A DNA stretch of 48,885 nucleotides, taken from the UHGV virus genome UHGV-0858861; one strand, 5' to 3'. Below are positions 36,092 to 45,193 of this stretch, piece after piece (position 1 is the stretch's first letter; each line of letters opens with the position of its first letter). The notes below the pieces were generated by a model. It searched no databases, was not told where the DNA came from, and saw nothing but the letters and a program-made list of their open reading frames with translations. The stretch comes from a virus. Both the position numbers and the translations under genes were made by a program.

Positions 36092-37159
36092 ATGAATAAA
36101 CAAGTAATTATTTCTGACTGGATCAACAACCCTAACAGCCTGTTAAGCACTGATACTGGCTACCTATTACGCCATGTTAATGGTCGTATGGTCAAAAGCG
36201 ATGAGCACGAAACCTTTTTCTTTGTTGAAGATGATGGGCGTATCTATGAGGATGGTTACTCTTATGAAGCCCAAACTGGTTGTATCCCTGCGGAGCTGGT
36301 GGACGTAACAGAAGATCTGCGCAAAGCATGGCTTGAACAGCAGCAGCGCGGAGATGATTACGTAAACACCTATCAGGAACGCCAGAACGCGCGTCTTGCC
36401 CGATATATTGCTCGTGCAGAAAAAGCCAGAAAAGAAGGTGCGGTAGCGCATAAGCGAGCGCATGACCTGTTGGATGTGATCCCGTTAGGCCAGCCGATTT
36501 TAGTTGACCATTATAGCGCGAAAGGCCATCGCCGCCGTTTGTCTAAAGCTGATGCGTTATTAAGAAAAGCGTTTGTTGAATGCGAAAGTAAAGCATCACA
36601 CTACGAGAGCAAAGCCGCAGGTGTTGGTCGTAATGGAATTTCGTCTGATGATCCTGATGCGCTATTTAAGTTGCTTCGTAAGCTGCAAGGCTGCATGAAG
36701 TCACACGTCAAAATGAAGGCCGCAAATAAGGCCATTCGCAAATACAAAAAAGACCAATTACAGCAGCTTTCTGCATTAATCGATCTCAGGTTTACAGAAA
36801 GCGAAGCCAAAGAGTTACTGGTCGGAGATTTCTGTGGGCGCATCGGATTCCCTTCATACGTACTGAGCAACAATAACGCCGAGATCAAACGACTACAGAG
36901 CCGTATTAAGGAGCTTGAATCGGTCAAGTCTGTAACAGGAGCACAGCGCGAAGAATACGACGACTTTTCTATGGAGATAGATCCAGAGGATAACCGCATC
37001 CTGTTTTATTTCCCTGGCAAACCAGAGGCAAACATTCGTTCGCTGCTTAAATCACGCGCCTTTAAGTGGAGTCCAACCCGTAATGCATGGGTTCGCAAGA
37101 TTACTCCAAATGCCCTGGCTGATGCCCGATATCTGAAAGAATCGCTATTGAAAGCCTGA
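36092..37159 (+). CDS. hypothetical protein with DUF3560-like C-terminus (candidate early/anti-defence protein)
   Basis: 355-aa ORF directly behind module copy 2; C-terminal motif ILFYFPGKPEANIRSLLKSRAFKWSPTRNAWVRK. Confidence 0.4.
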   Translation: MNKQVIISDWINNPNSLLSTDTGYLLRHVNGRMVKSDEHETFFFVEDDGRIYEDGYSYEAQTGCIPAELVDVTEDLRKAWLEQQQRGDDYVNTYQERQNARLARYIARAEKARKEGAVAHKRAHDLLDVIPLGQPILVDHYSAKGHRRRLSKADALLRKAFVECESKASHYESKAAGVGRNGISSDDPDALFKLLRKLQGCMKSHVKMKAANKAIRKYKKDQLQQLSALIDLRFTESEAKELLVGDFCGRIGFPSYVLSNNNAEIKRLQSRIKELESVKSVTGAQREEYDDFSMEIDPEDNRILFYFPGKPEANIRSLLKSRAFKWSPTRNAWVRKITPNALADARYLKESLLKA

Positions 37160-37215
37160 CAGTAAGCCTACGGCGGGATGTCTCCCGCCGTATATAGAAT
37201 TATATATTTATATAA

Positions 37216-37518
37216 ATGTATAAGGACGCCTCGACAATGAAACGCAAAATTATTAACCCCCAAGATGTGATTAATTTCCTGACCGATCACCCATGTTCAA
37301 AAGTGGACGTAATCGCGGAGCACATTGGTGTGTCGCAGAACTCTATGCGTTGCAGACTGAGAAGCATGGTTGCCGAAGGACAGATAACAACCAGGAAAAT
37401 AAATGGTTGCCTGTACTACTCCGCTAAACCGGAATTGCCATTTGGCATGAATTCTAACTCCATGTTGTTTAACACCTTATTAGCCAAAGTTAAGCCGTTG
37501 AGAGGGGCTGTGGCATGA
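37216..37518 (+). CDS. winged-helix DNA-binding protein
   Basis: ORF (probable start 37236) with wHTH-like segment (VDVIAEHIGVSQNSMRCRLRSMVAEGQI); AT-rich box upstream at 37190-37215. Confidence 0.4.
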   Translation: MYKDASTMKRKIINPQDVINFLTDHPCSKVDVIAEHIGVSQNSMRCRLRSMVAEGQITTRKINGCLYYSAKPELPFGMNSNSMLFNTLLAKVKPLRGAVA

Positions 37519-37880
37519 GCATCAAAACCCATACCGGAATAATCATCACCATTGATGGTGAGAAAAAAGTGAAGTTACGCGAAACGCCGACAACTTGGTG
37601 TGTTGGTCCGAAAGAAACATATCGCAAGGAAGATGGGCGCCGTTGTGGGTCGCCACTTTCCAGCCGTCGCCTCCTTTTGAGCACGATAAAACCTATCGGG
37701 CAGGTTGAGCAACCAACGACTCCGGTAACGAAGATTTCAGACAAGAGTCTGGCAAATCTGATCGCAGATGCGGACAAGGTGCTGGAGCGGAACACCCCCG
37801 TTGCAGATGAGGAGTGGTGGCAGGATTTCCGAGCCGCAATGCTAGAGCTTCAGGAACGTCGTCGGGAGGAGTTGAAGTGA
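37515..37880 (+). CDS. hypothetical protein
   Basis: 121-aa coupled ORF. Confidence 0.3.
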   Translation: MSIKTHTGIIITIDGEKKVKLRETPTTWCVGPKETYRKEDGRRCGSPLSSRRLLLSTIKPIGQVEQPTTPVTKISDKSLANLIADADKVLERNTPVADEEWWQDFRAAMLELQERRREELK

Positions 37881-38569
37881 GCAAGGTGAAAGAGCGCGGC
37901 ATGATTTTTAATGATGAGATGGTCCGAGCCATCCTCGAAGGCAGGAAGACGCAGACTCGTCGACCTGTAAAAAATGTCAGGGCCGATAACTGCCTGGTTA
38001 TCCGTAAACCGACAAAGAAACGCAATGGTGTCTATACCCACGTTATGGATGCACCTGAACATGGTTTATGCCCGTTCGGTAACGTTGGTGATCGCATATG
38101 GGTCCGTGAAGCGTGGGCGATATTAGGCAATGAGGATGGTTGCAGTGTGGACTGGAACGACAACCTTTGTCGTGGCGATGAGAAGAACGCAGCAAGGATT
38201 TATCGGGCCAGTTGTGAGCAAAAACCGGGGGATTATGGCTTATGGTCGATACCCGATGATGCCGACTGGAAGCCTCACACTGTGAATGAAAAGTTTGATG
38301 GCGGGTGGTGTCCATCAATTCACATGCCACGCTGGGCTTCGCGTATTTTGCTGGAAATTACCGACGTGCGTGTGGAACGGCTGCATGACATTAGCGAGGC
38401 AGATGCGAAAGCGGAAGGCGCATTTCCGGCGACGTACAAAATTACGCCACCGGAAGCTGTTTATCGCGTTGGCTTTGGTGATATCTGGCGCGGTATTTAC
38501 GGGCAAGAGAACTGGCTATCTAACCCGTGGGTATGGGTAATTGAGTTTAAGCGTATTCAGGAAGCATAA
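37814..38569 (+). CDS. ASCH/PUA-like domain protein
   Basis: Probable start at 37901 (MIFNDEMVRAILEGRKTQTRR...), matching the GxKT.E/Q.R pattern of ASCH-type beta-barrels. Confidence 0.4.
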   Translation: MVAGFPSRNARASGTSSGGVEVSKVKERGMIFNDEMVRAILEGRKTQTRRPVKNVRADNCLVIRKPTKKRNGVYTHVMDAPEHGLCPFGNVGDRIWVREAWAILGNEDGCSVDWNDNLCRGDEKNAARIYRASCEQKPGDYGLWSIPDDADWKPHTVNEKFDGGWCPSIHMPRWASRILLEITDVRVERLHDISEADAKAEGAFPATYKITPPEAVYRVGFGDIWRGIYGQENWLSNPWVWVIEFKRIQEA

Positions 38570-38571
38570 CT

Positions 38572-38916
38572 ATGAGCAAATCACTTAACGCACGCTGCAT
38601 CCGTCGCTGGACCGTCGAATTTAAAGGCCGCTGCGACTCAAAATATAGCCCGTATTGGCGTAAGCGCGACCTGCGGGGGTATATCCGTGAGGTTGCACTG
38701 AACACCGCGGATTGCATGGTCGAGCGTATGGCCGAGGATAATGCGATGGTAGATTTTCAGGGGGCTAATCGAGGATGGTCGCCGGAGTTCTCGGCCTGGT
38801 ACCACGAACGCCGTGAACAGTATCTCAAAGAGGCGCGCGACCATCTGAACGAAGACGCCACCAATGACGAGGTTGACGAGGAGATTCAGAACGAGCTGGA
38901 GGCCTGGAATGACTAA
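38572..38916 (+). CDS. hypothetical protein
   Basis: 114-aa ORF. Confidence 0.3.
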   Translation: MSKSLNARCIRRWTVEFKGRCDSKYSPYWRKRDLRGYIREVALNTADCMVERMAEDNAMVDFQGANRGWSPEFSAWYHERREQYLKEARDHLNEDATNDEVDEEIQNELEAWND

Positions 38917-39592
38917 CAGCACAGCAATTAACTATCAGGCACTGCGTGAGGCGGCAGAAAAAGCACTACATGGTGAATGGGGTCACGAGGCAGGGGCAAT
39001 CTGGAATACCTGTGATAGCGGCTATGTTCAGCACATGGCAGCGGTCGAGGCTGGCGATGATGTTAGCGATGAAGAGCATATGAGCAATATGCGTTTTATC
39101 ACGCTCGCCACGCCAACTGTTGTTCTTGGATTGCTTGATGAGCTTTCTGAAGCTAAAGCTGCCGAAGAGAACGAGTCCAGTTGTGCTAACAGCGTTATCG
39201 ACATCGCTATCAACTGGCAGATGCGAGCCAAAGATGCAGAAGCCAAGCTGGAAGCCGCAGAGAAGCGCAACGCAAAATTACAAAGCGAGAATGCATACAT
39301 CCGCAACCGGTTCAAAGAACTGGACCTATTAATCGGGAAAAACATTCTGGTCATGCAGGCTGCCATTATCGAATGGCAATCGACTGGCGACGCTAAAAGC
39401 GGACTGGCATGGATTTATAACACACTGTTTGGCCCTGGCGAATTGCCGGACGAATCTGAGAAAGATGCTCAGGCCTACTTTAATCGCAAATATGCACCGA
39501 TTGACGAAAAGCTTATGGCGCTTCACAAGTGGTTTTGGGAACAAAGTGAAGCCGAGCGCGCCGCTGGCATTCGCATCAAAGGAGGTGAGTAA
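38864..39592 (+). CDS. Ead/Ea22-like protein
   Basis: ORF (probable start 38912) with TPTVVLGLLDEL motif and coiled-coil segment. Confidence 0.4.
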   Translation: MTRLTRRFRTSWRPGMTNSTAINYQALREAAEKALHGEWGHEAGAIWNTCDSGYVQHMAAVEAGDDVSDEEHMSNMRFITLATPTVVLGLLDELSEAKAAEENESSCANSVIDIAINWQMRAKDAEAKLEAAEKRNAKLQSENAYIRNRFKELDLLIGKNILVMQAAIIEWQSTGDAKSGLAWIYNTLFGPGELPDESEKDAQAYFNRKYAPIDEKLMALHKWFWEQSEAERAAGIRIKGGE

Positions 39593-39768
39593 TGCGTGTG
39601 GCATGTATCGGCTTGTTACCGTATCCGACTCGTTTTTGGGCTTCTGCGCTAATTGCAAAGCCGCATATCCTGATGGGTGACAACATCATCCCGGCACCAA
39701 AGCGCCGCCATACCGGTATTGCAGCTGCACGGCGCGCAGCAAAGAAACGCAGGAGAACAAAACGATGA
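39592..39768 (+). CDS. small basic protein (58 aa, below the ORF-track cutoff)
   Basis: ATG overlapping the preceding stop (TAATG); translation MRVACIGLLPYPTRFWASALIAKPHILMGDNIIPAPKRRHTGIAAARRAAKKRRRTKR. Confidence 0.25.
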   Translation: MRVACIGLLPYPTRFWASALIAKPHILMGDNIIPAPKRRHTGIAAARRAAKKRRRTKR

Positions 39769-39959
39769 AAAACCGTAAAGCAAAAATCCTATTAGTTCGC
39801 AGAAACGCTCCTGGCGTCTGGCAGTGGGTGAGACTCAGCAACCGACGGATGGGGTTAATGAAACATTACGGGATGATGGATTGTGGTTTTTGCAAAAAGC
39901 CCAGCGCGGCGCAAAACCGCTGGAAAAACCACTGTTATCTGCGCGCTAAAGGAGAGTGA
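39765..39959 (+). CDS. small Cys-containing protein
   Basis: 64-aa ORF with start overlapping the upstream stop; C..C..H.C-like cluster. Confidence 0.3.
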   Translation: MKNRKAKILLVRRNAPGVWQWVRLSNRRMGLMKHYGMMDCGFCKKPSAAQNRWKNHCYLRAKGE

Positions 39960-40476
39960 GATGGCGTTAACACACCGCGAACTCTGTCAGATTGCGTACA
40001 AGTTCCTTAAGCGCAACGGGTTCAAGGTTTGCTTTCATGACCGCTTTATAGCTGTAACCAGTACCGGAGAACAGCCAGATGCTATGGGATTCAGAAATTC
40101 AGCATCATGCCTGATAGAGGCAAAGTGTTCTCGTGCTGACTTGTTGGCAGATAGAAAAAAGCGTTTCCGTAAAAATCCCTCACTTGGCATGGGCGACTGG
40201 CGATTCTTTATTAGTGAGCCGGGAATTATTTCAGTTGAGGATTTACCTCCCGGCTGGGGATTACTTCACGTTGTTAACGGAAGAGTACGGAAAGTACATG
40301 GGTGGCCCAAGGGAAATTGCTGTTGGGGTAATCCTGACGATAAGCCATTTACTGGAAATAAGCAGGTTGAATGCGATTACATGTTATCTGCATTAAGGCG
40401 CATGGAGTTGAGAGGGCACCTTAATGAAATATATGACGGTGTAATTGTTAATAAGAAAGAAGGAAACGCGGCATGA
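39883..40476 (+). CDS. PD-(D/E)xK-type nuclease-like protein
   Basis: Probable start 39961 (MALTHREL...); D...IEAKC motif. Confidence 0.35.
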   Translation: MVFAKSPARRKTAGKTTVICALKESEMALTHRELCQIAYKFLKRNGFKVCFHDRFIAVTSTGEQPDAMGFRNSASCLIEAKCSRADLLADRKKRFRKNPSLGMGDWRFFISEPGIISVEDLPPGWGLLHVVNGRVRKVHGWPKGNCCWGNPDDKPFTGNKQVECDYMLSALRRMELRGHLNEIYDGVIVNKKEGNAA

Positions 40477-40916
40477 TTACTATTACCAAAGAGCGACTAC
40501 TGACAATCAAGCAGTGGCGCGAAGCATACGGACCTAGTAGCAACGTTGTACTGCCAGCAGAAGAAGCGGAAGAACTGGCACGAATTGCTCTGGCAGCGCT
40601 GGAAGTCGAGCCGGTTGCAGTAAACGACGACATGGCTTACGCATTCCATCACGCATTGTCAGATTCATCGCTAGGCGCTGATGAAGTAGAGGAAATTAAG
40701 GCCGGTTTGCGTGCTGCCTTTGCCAACGTCACTATCCAACCAGAGCCGGTAGTGCCGGATGATGGTCGCGAAAAGTTTGAAGCACTTGTCAGGTTTCATG
40801 CGGGTGATAAAGACCATGAAACATTATTGCTTCGTGCCAACGAAGGGATGAATTACCAGGACCCGAATGTTGATCTGGCGTGGATATTCTGGAAGTCCAG
40901 TCGTGAACATATATAA
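40473..40916 (+). CDS. hypothetical acidic protein
   Basis: 147-aa ORF, last gene before the lysis-cassette terminator. Confidence 0.3.
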   Translation: MITITKERLLTIKQWREAYGPSSNVVLPAEEAEELARIALAALEVEPVAVNDDMAYAFHHALSDSSLGADEVEEIKAGLRAAFANVTIQPEPVVPDDGREKFEALVRFHAGDKDHETLLLRANEGMNYQDPNVDLAWIFWKSSREHI

Positions 40917-41258
40917 GCTGTAGTGAGAAGCCATGCGATTACGAGCAGTATTCAGATATTCAGAGCGGATAATGAAGCACATACAACCGAAAACATGGCA
41001 GAAACTGGACTCTATGGGAGTTAAGTTGGAGAAGATTACTCAACTTAAGCAGTGGCATATCGGCGAATATTATGGAAGTCCTGGCCGGGATGTTCGTTTG
41101 GCAAAAAGTTGAGTATTGTTTTTTTATTGATCGATTAACCACGATTTGAAGGTTTTTTTATGAGAAAACCTTGTTTTAGGTGGTAACTGGGTGTAGTGTT
41201 TCATTTAACGTAGTAAAACTGCGTTAAGCGATTACCGCGTAATTTGTTGCTTTATGAA

Positions 41259-41289
41259 GCCCTGCCTTTTTCGGCGGGGCTTTTTTTTT
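41259..41289 (+). terminator. strong rho-independent terminator immediately upstream of the lysis cassette
   Basis: 8-bp GC stem GCCCTGCC / GGCGGGGC with loop TTTTTC followed by T9. Confidence 0.7.
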
Positions 41290-41302
41290 AACGAGGATTT
41301 CA

Positions 41303-41698
41303 ATGTCAGCAGAACCAATTTCCGGTACGGCCGTTGCTGCTGGTGGCCTGATGGGTGCCAGCGTTTTTGGTATTGCAACTGGTATTGATTACGGCGTTGT
41401 ATTCGGGGCATTTGCTGGCGCTGTTTTCTATGTTGCTACAGCGGTGAATATTAGCCGTCTCAAGCTGATTGGCTATTTCTTTACATCGTTCATTGTTGGA
41501 GTGATTGGAGCGCCGTTAGTTGGCTCATTTCTTGCCAAATGGACCAGCTACAACGATCGTCCTCTGGATGCGCTTGGTGCGGTTATTGTGGCTGCATTGA
41601 CCATTAAAATCCTCACGTTCGTAAACAGCCAGGATCTCGGTAGCATCTTTGGAATGCTTTCCCGCTTACGTGGAGGGGGTTCAAATGGTAAGCAGTGA
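41303..41698 (+). CDS. holin-like membrane protein
   Basis: 131-aa ORF with multiple hydrophobic helices, first gene of the lysis cluster. Confidence 0.45.
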   Translation: MSAEPISGTAVAAGGLMGASVFGIATGIDYGVVFGAFAGAVFYVATAVNISRLKLIGYFFTSFIVGVIGAPLVGSFLAKWTSYNDRPLDALGAVIVAALTIKILTFVNSQDLGSIFGMLSRLRGGGSNGKQ

Positions 41699-41981
41699 CC
41701 CGTCAGCACTGATTAATGCGGTGCTTTGCACAGTAATAGTAATGGCGCTGATGCTTTATCGACGGAAAGACTCCAGGCATCGTCCATTTGTTTCCTTTCT
41801 GGCTTATATCTACGTCATTGTATACGCCAATGTTCCCTTCCGTTATGTGTTCGGTCTTTATCAAGAATCCCACTGGCTGGTGGTTATTGGAAATCTGATT
41901 ATCTGCATCGTTGTTCTGTATTTCAGGGGCAATCTGGCGCGGATAGTTGACGCATTAGGATTTAATCATGACCAAAGATGA
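41649..41981 (+). CDS. second small membrane protein (holin/antiholin-like)
   Basis: ORF (probable start 41688) with 2-3 TM segments, overlapping the endolysin start. Confidence 0.4.
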   Translation: MECFPAYVEGVQMVSSDPSALINAVLCTVIVMALMLYRRKDSRHRPFVSFLAYIYVIVYANVPFRYVFGLYQESHWLVVIGNLIICIVVLYFRGNLARIVDALGFNHDQR

Positions 41982-42510
41982 GATTTTTAACAGCATTCTT
42001 GGAAAAGAGGGCGGTTATGTTGATCACCCTGACGACAAGGGAGGCCCAACAATGTGGGGCATCACTCAGAATACTGCCCGTGCTCACGGATACCGTGGCG
42101 ATATGCGAGATCTGACGCGAGAACAGGCTCTGATGATTCTTGAAGGTGATTATTGGTATGGGCCTCGTTTTGACCAGGTGGCGCAATTTTCCCCTGATAT
42201 TGCGGCTGAGATGTGCGATACGGGCGTCAACATGGGGCCGACTGTGGCTACGAAGATGCTTCAACGTTGGCTGAATGTTTTCAACCGTGGCGGGAAGTTG
42301 TATCCAGATATGGATGTGGATGGGCGAATCGGCCCGCGCACCATTGCGGCATTACGTGCTTATCTTGGGAATCGGGGAAAAGACGGCGAACGGGTAATGC
42401 TGACGGCCCTTAACTGTACGCAGGGCGACCGTTATCTGGACCTGGCGGAGAAACGCGAAGCAAATGAGTCGTTTGTCTATGGCTGGATGAAAGAGCGAGT
42501 GGTGGTATGA
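41968..42510 (+). CDS. endolysin (GH108-like catalytic domain + peptidoglycan-binding domain)
   Basis: 180-aa ORF; N-terminal GKEGGYVDHPDDKGGPTMWGIT motif typical of GH108 lysozymes. Confidence 0.75.
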   Translation: MTKDEIFNSILGKEGGYVDHPDDKGGPTMWGITQNTARAHGYRGDMRDLTREQALMILEGDYWYGPRFDQVAQFSPDIAAEMCDTGVNMGPTVATKMLQRWLNVFNRGGKLYPDMDVDGRIGPRTIAALRAYLGNRGKDGERVMLTALNCTQGDRYLDLAEKREANESFVYGWMKERVVV

Positions 42511-42785
42511 CTGGTTTGAAAGCCGTTTTGTCATTTATCGGCACCATTATATTGGTTGCATTCGGCGCATTTGGTTTTGGTCGTATGAAGGGGCGAGAAA
42601 AGGCCGAAGATGAAGCTGAAAAGCAGCGCATTAATGAGAATGCAGCCGCCGTAAAAGCCACTGCGGAGCGGCGTATAGAAGTGACAAAAGAGGTGGGGAA
42701 TGTACAGCAGAGTGTTAACCATATGGCTGATGACGATGTTGATCGCGAGCTGCGGGAGTCGTGGAAGCGTCCCGGTGGTGGTTGA
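42507..42785 (+). CDS. i-spanin (Rz-like)
   Basis: 92-aa ORF with N-terminal TM helix and charged coiled-coil region, directly after endolysin. Confidence 0.55.
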   Translation: MTGLKAVLSFIGTIILVAFGAFGFGRMKGREKAEDEAEKQRINENAAAVKATAERRIEVTKEVGNVQQSVNHMADDDVDRELRESWKRPGGG

Positions 42786-42909
42786 TACCGCCTGTGATTG
42801 GGTAAAGCCCATCTACCTGACTGATCACGATATCGATGTTATGGACCGCCAGACAAAGAAAGATATTCTGGCTCATAACAGGGCATGGGAAATCAACTGC
42901 CTCAAGTAA
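42700..42909 (+). CDS. o-spanin lipoprotein (Rz1-like), partly embedded in the Rz-like frame
   Basis: 69-aa ORF in alternate frame with lipobox-like LIASC. Confidence 0.45.
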   Translation: MYSRVLTIWLMTMLIASCGSRGSVPVVVDTACDWVKPIYLTDHDIDVMDRQTKKDILAHNRAWEINCLK

Positions 42910-43078
42910 TATATATTTCTATAATTATATAAATATATAGTTACAACATTCTATGCGCTTTTCTCATGAGCGCACGCATCAACCATGTTTGTCTGATATG
43001 CCGCCGCGCCCAAAAATCCTGAATTTATTGGCTGGGATTTTCGTGCGCGGCGCCACACCAGACAAACAGATCAAATAT

Positions 43079-43154
43079 GGCCCCTTAGCTCAGTGGTTAG
43101 AGCAGGCGACTCATAATCGCACGGTCATCGGTTCAAATCCGGTAGGGGCCACCA
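43079..43154 (+). tRNA. tRNA with CAU anticodon (elongator-type; ileX-like tRNA-Ile2 or tRNA-Met)
   Basis: 76-nt cloverleaf folded by hand: 7-bp acceptor stem (GGCCCCT/AGGGGCC), D-arm GCTCAGTGGTTAGAGC, anticodon loop CTCATAA, T-loop TTCAAAT, discriminator A and encoded CCA; 1:72 G-C pair excludes initiator type. Confidence 0.85.
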
Positions 43155-43462
43155 ATTCACTCTCACACATAAAGATAAGCGCGGTGGAGTTACTTCCTTC
43201 GTGCTCATCTTTATGCGTGCCTGGTGCGCATTTCGGGCGAACGTGGGGCTAAGTTACAGGCAGGGCCTGTTATCCGCAAAGGGGTAAAAGCTGGAGCGGC
43301 GCGGAACTGTAGCCGTGTTACCAAAACAGCGTTGTCGGGCGATATCCGGCACACAACAGGCAAGGGCATTAATCAGTCTGGTTAGTGCCCTTTTCGTTGT
43401 GTTTGCTGTAGGGCTGGCCAGCGTTATGACTGCCGGAGATAAGCGCCGGAGGCACAACTAAC

Positions 43463-44050
43463 ATGGAGGCAATTGCATTGTTTAATCTGATTTATGCAGA
43501 TCCCCCCTGGGAATACAAAGACAAGTGTAAGGATGGGAATCGTGGCGCTGGTTTTAAGTATCCAACGATGAAAGCTGAGGAGATTGCTCGTATTCCTGTC
43601 TGGCAGCTTGCTAATCCTGAATCGTGTTTGTTGGCCATGTGGTGGGTTCCGACTCAGCCAGAAGAAGCGTTGCTGGTGGTGAAAGCATGGGGATTCAGGC
43701 TGATGACCATGAAGGGCTTCACATGGAACAAATGTGGTAGCCGACAACCAGATAAGCTGGTGATGGGGATGGGGCATATGACTCGTGCAAACAGTGAAGA
43801 TTGCTTGTTTGCAGTGAAAGGCAAACTACCGACACGTCTTGATGCGGGGATCATTCAGTCGTTTACATCGCCTCGTCTGGAGCATTCTCGGAAGCCTGAT
43901 GTGGTCCGTGACAAGCTGGTAAGGCTGTTAGGTGATGTTCCTCGTATTGAGCTGTTTGCTCGCGGTGATTTACCTGATGGCTGGCATGGCTGGGGCAACC
44001 AGTGCAATGGAGGTATCCAATTGCATGATGCTCTCTGGCAAGTGTCATAG
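43463..44050 (+). CDS. MT-A70-family DNA N6-adenine methyltransferase
   Basis: 195-aa ORF with the catalytic DPPW motif (IYADPPWEY). Confidence 0.75.
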   Translation: MEAIALFNLIYADPPWEYKDKCKDGNRGAGFKYPTMKAEEIARIPVWQLANPESCLLAMWWVPTQPEEALLVVKAWGFRLMTMKGFTWNKCGSRQPDKLVMGMGHMTRANSEDCLFAVKGKLPTRLDAGIIQSFTSPRLEHSRKPDVVRDKLVRLLGDVPRIELFARGDLPDGWHGWGNQCNGGIQLHDALWQVS

Positions 44051-44162
44051 AATTATATAATTATATATTTATATAAAAAGTGCTTTACAGGTGGGAAAAA
44101 ATTTCCTAAGGTTATACCCGGAACCGAGCGATACCCGCCCTGGTTAAACCGGAGATAACCCG
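44044..44162 (+). promoter_or_regulatory. conserved promoter + 5' leader module, copy 3
   Basis: Near-identical to copies 1 and 2 (one substitution in the leader); ATG at 44163. Confidence 0.55.
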
Positions 44163-44432
44163 ATGAAAGTACAAGACCGTGAAGTAGTAAAAAACCTCCT
44201 GCAATACCTGACCTCAAAAAATCTGACTGGCAGCGTTGAGTTCCGTGAAGCGTTAAAACATTTCAACGTCACTACGGTTTATCGTTGGGAAAACAAACAT
44301 TCTGAAAGACCGTATGTGGTGGATGTTTTTGCGCCTGATATTGAGTGCGGTTTTGAGCGCCATTCATTCAAAAAGAAACATTCCGCTGATGTTTTTTGTG
44401 AGGTTGTATGTGCGGCAGGAGATGATGAGTGA
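44163..44432 (+). CDS. hypothetical protein, first gene behind module copy 3
   Basis: 89-aa ORF, no recognisable motif. Confidence 0.35.
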   Translation: MKVQDREVVKNLLQYLTSKNLTGSVEFREALKHFNVTTVYRWENKHSERPYVVDVFAPDIECGFERHSFKKKHSADVFCEVVCAAGDDE

Positions 44433-44629
44433 TGCGTATTTCCTTCAAACGTGCGACTGAGCAGCAACGTAAAGAGTTCCTGGCTGATGATGTTGCGGCC
44501 GTTTATGACCTCATGAAAGAGGTTGTGGAATCAGGGAACTACACGGCGGCAAAGATGCTTAAACTGCAATTCTTGCTGGGCGACCTGAAATACAAATCCG
44601 AAGTTGTCGCCGGACGACGCGAGCATTAA
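44429..44629 (+). CDS. hypothetical protein
   Basis: 66-aa coupled ORF; terminator-like hairpin follows at about 44652-44680. Confidence 0.3.
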   Translation: MMRISFKRATEQQRKEFLADDVAAVYDLMKEVVESGNYTAAKMLKLQFLLGDLKYKSEVVAGRREH

Positions 44630-44703
44630 ACCGTAACGATAACGAACAACGAGCCTCGGCAATTGCCGGGGCTTTTTTACATCCAGACAAAGGAGAACAT
44701 GGG

Positions 44704-45003
44704 ATGCCTTCGACAAGCACCAAAAAAGAAATGGCGATTAGTGATGTGCTTTACGCGCTTTCGATTATGTGTGACGGAGCAATGATGAGGATGAAAGTCC
44801 TCCATGAAGCATACGGAAAAAGTCACGATGAGGCAGCTAAAGAGTGCCTGAATGAGATTGTGGACTTCATTGATAGCCATCGTTCAGTTATATCGCGTCA
44901 ACCGACAGCGTCGTCCATCACGATTAGCGCACCGGTTATCAATATATCAGTAACTGCGGCGTGTAAATCAGCAGCGGAAGATGATCGTGCTTATGCCGAG
45001 TGA
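44704..45003 (+). CDS. hypothetical protein
   Basis: 99-aa ORF. Confidence 0.3.
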   Translation: MPSTSTKKEMAISDVLYALSIMCDGAMMRMKVLHEAYGKSHDEAAKECLNEIVDFIDSHRSVISRQPTASSITISAPVINISVTAACKSAAEDDRAYAE

Positions 45004-45193
45004 TTTGTTCTGGTTTCCGCTTCCAATAAGAGATTTGTTGGTATTTCTGGCTGGCGCTTACGTCTGGAGAAAAGCGAAAGACACCTCGTTATCTTTGAGG
45101 TTTGTCTTAGCTATATCGGTAGGAACCGCGCTGGGGACGGCGTATCTCTTGACATTACTGGAGATATTCATTGAAGAATGGATAGTTTCATGA
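44981..45193 (+). CDS. small membrane protein
   Basis: 70-aa ORF with hydrophobic segments. Confidence 0.3.
   Translation: MIVLMPSDLFWFPLPIRDLLVFLAGAYVWRKAKDTSLSLRFVLAISVGTALGTAYLLTLLEIFIEEWIVS

Noticed and set aside
43079-43154. tRNA as an integration (attP) site of an integrative element
   Set aside because: No integrase gene and no duplicated tRNA 3'-end repeat seen; the tRNA is complete and sits inside the phage genome among late genes.
42953-43252. 99-aa plus-strand ORF overlapping the tRNA
   Set aside because: It runs straight through a well-folding tRNA cloverleaf and has no coding-like composition; the tRNA explains the region.
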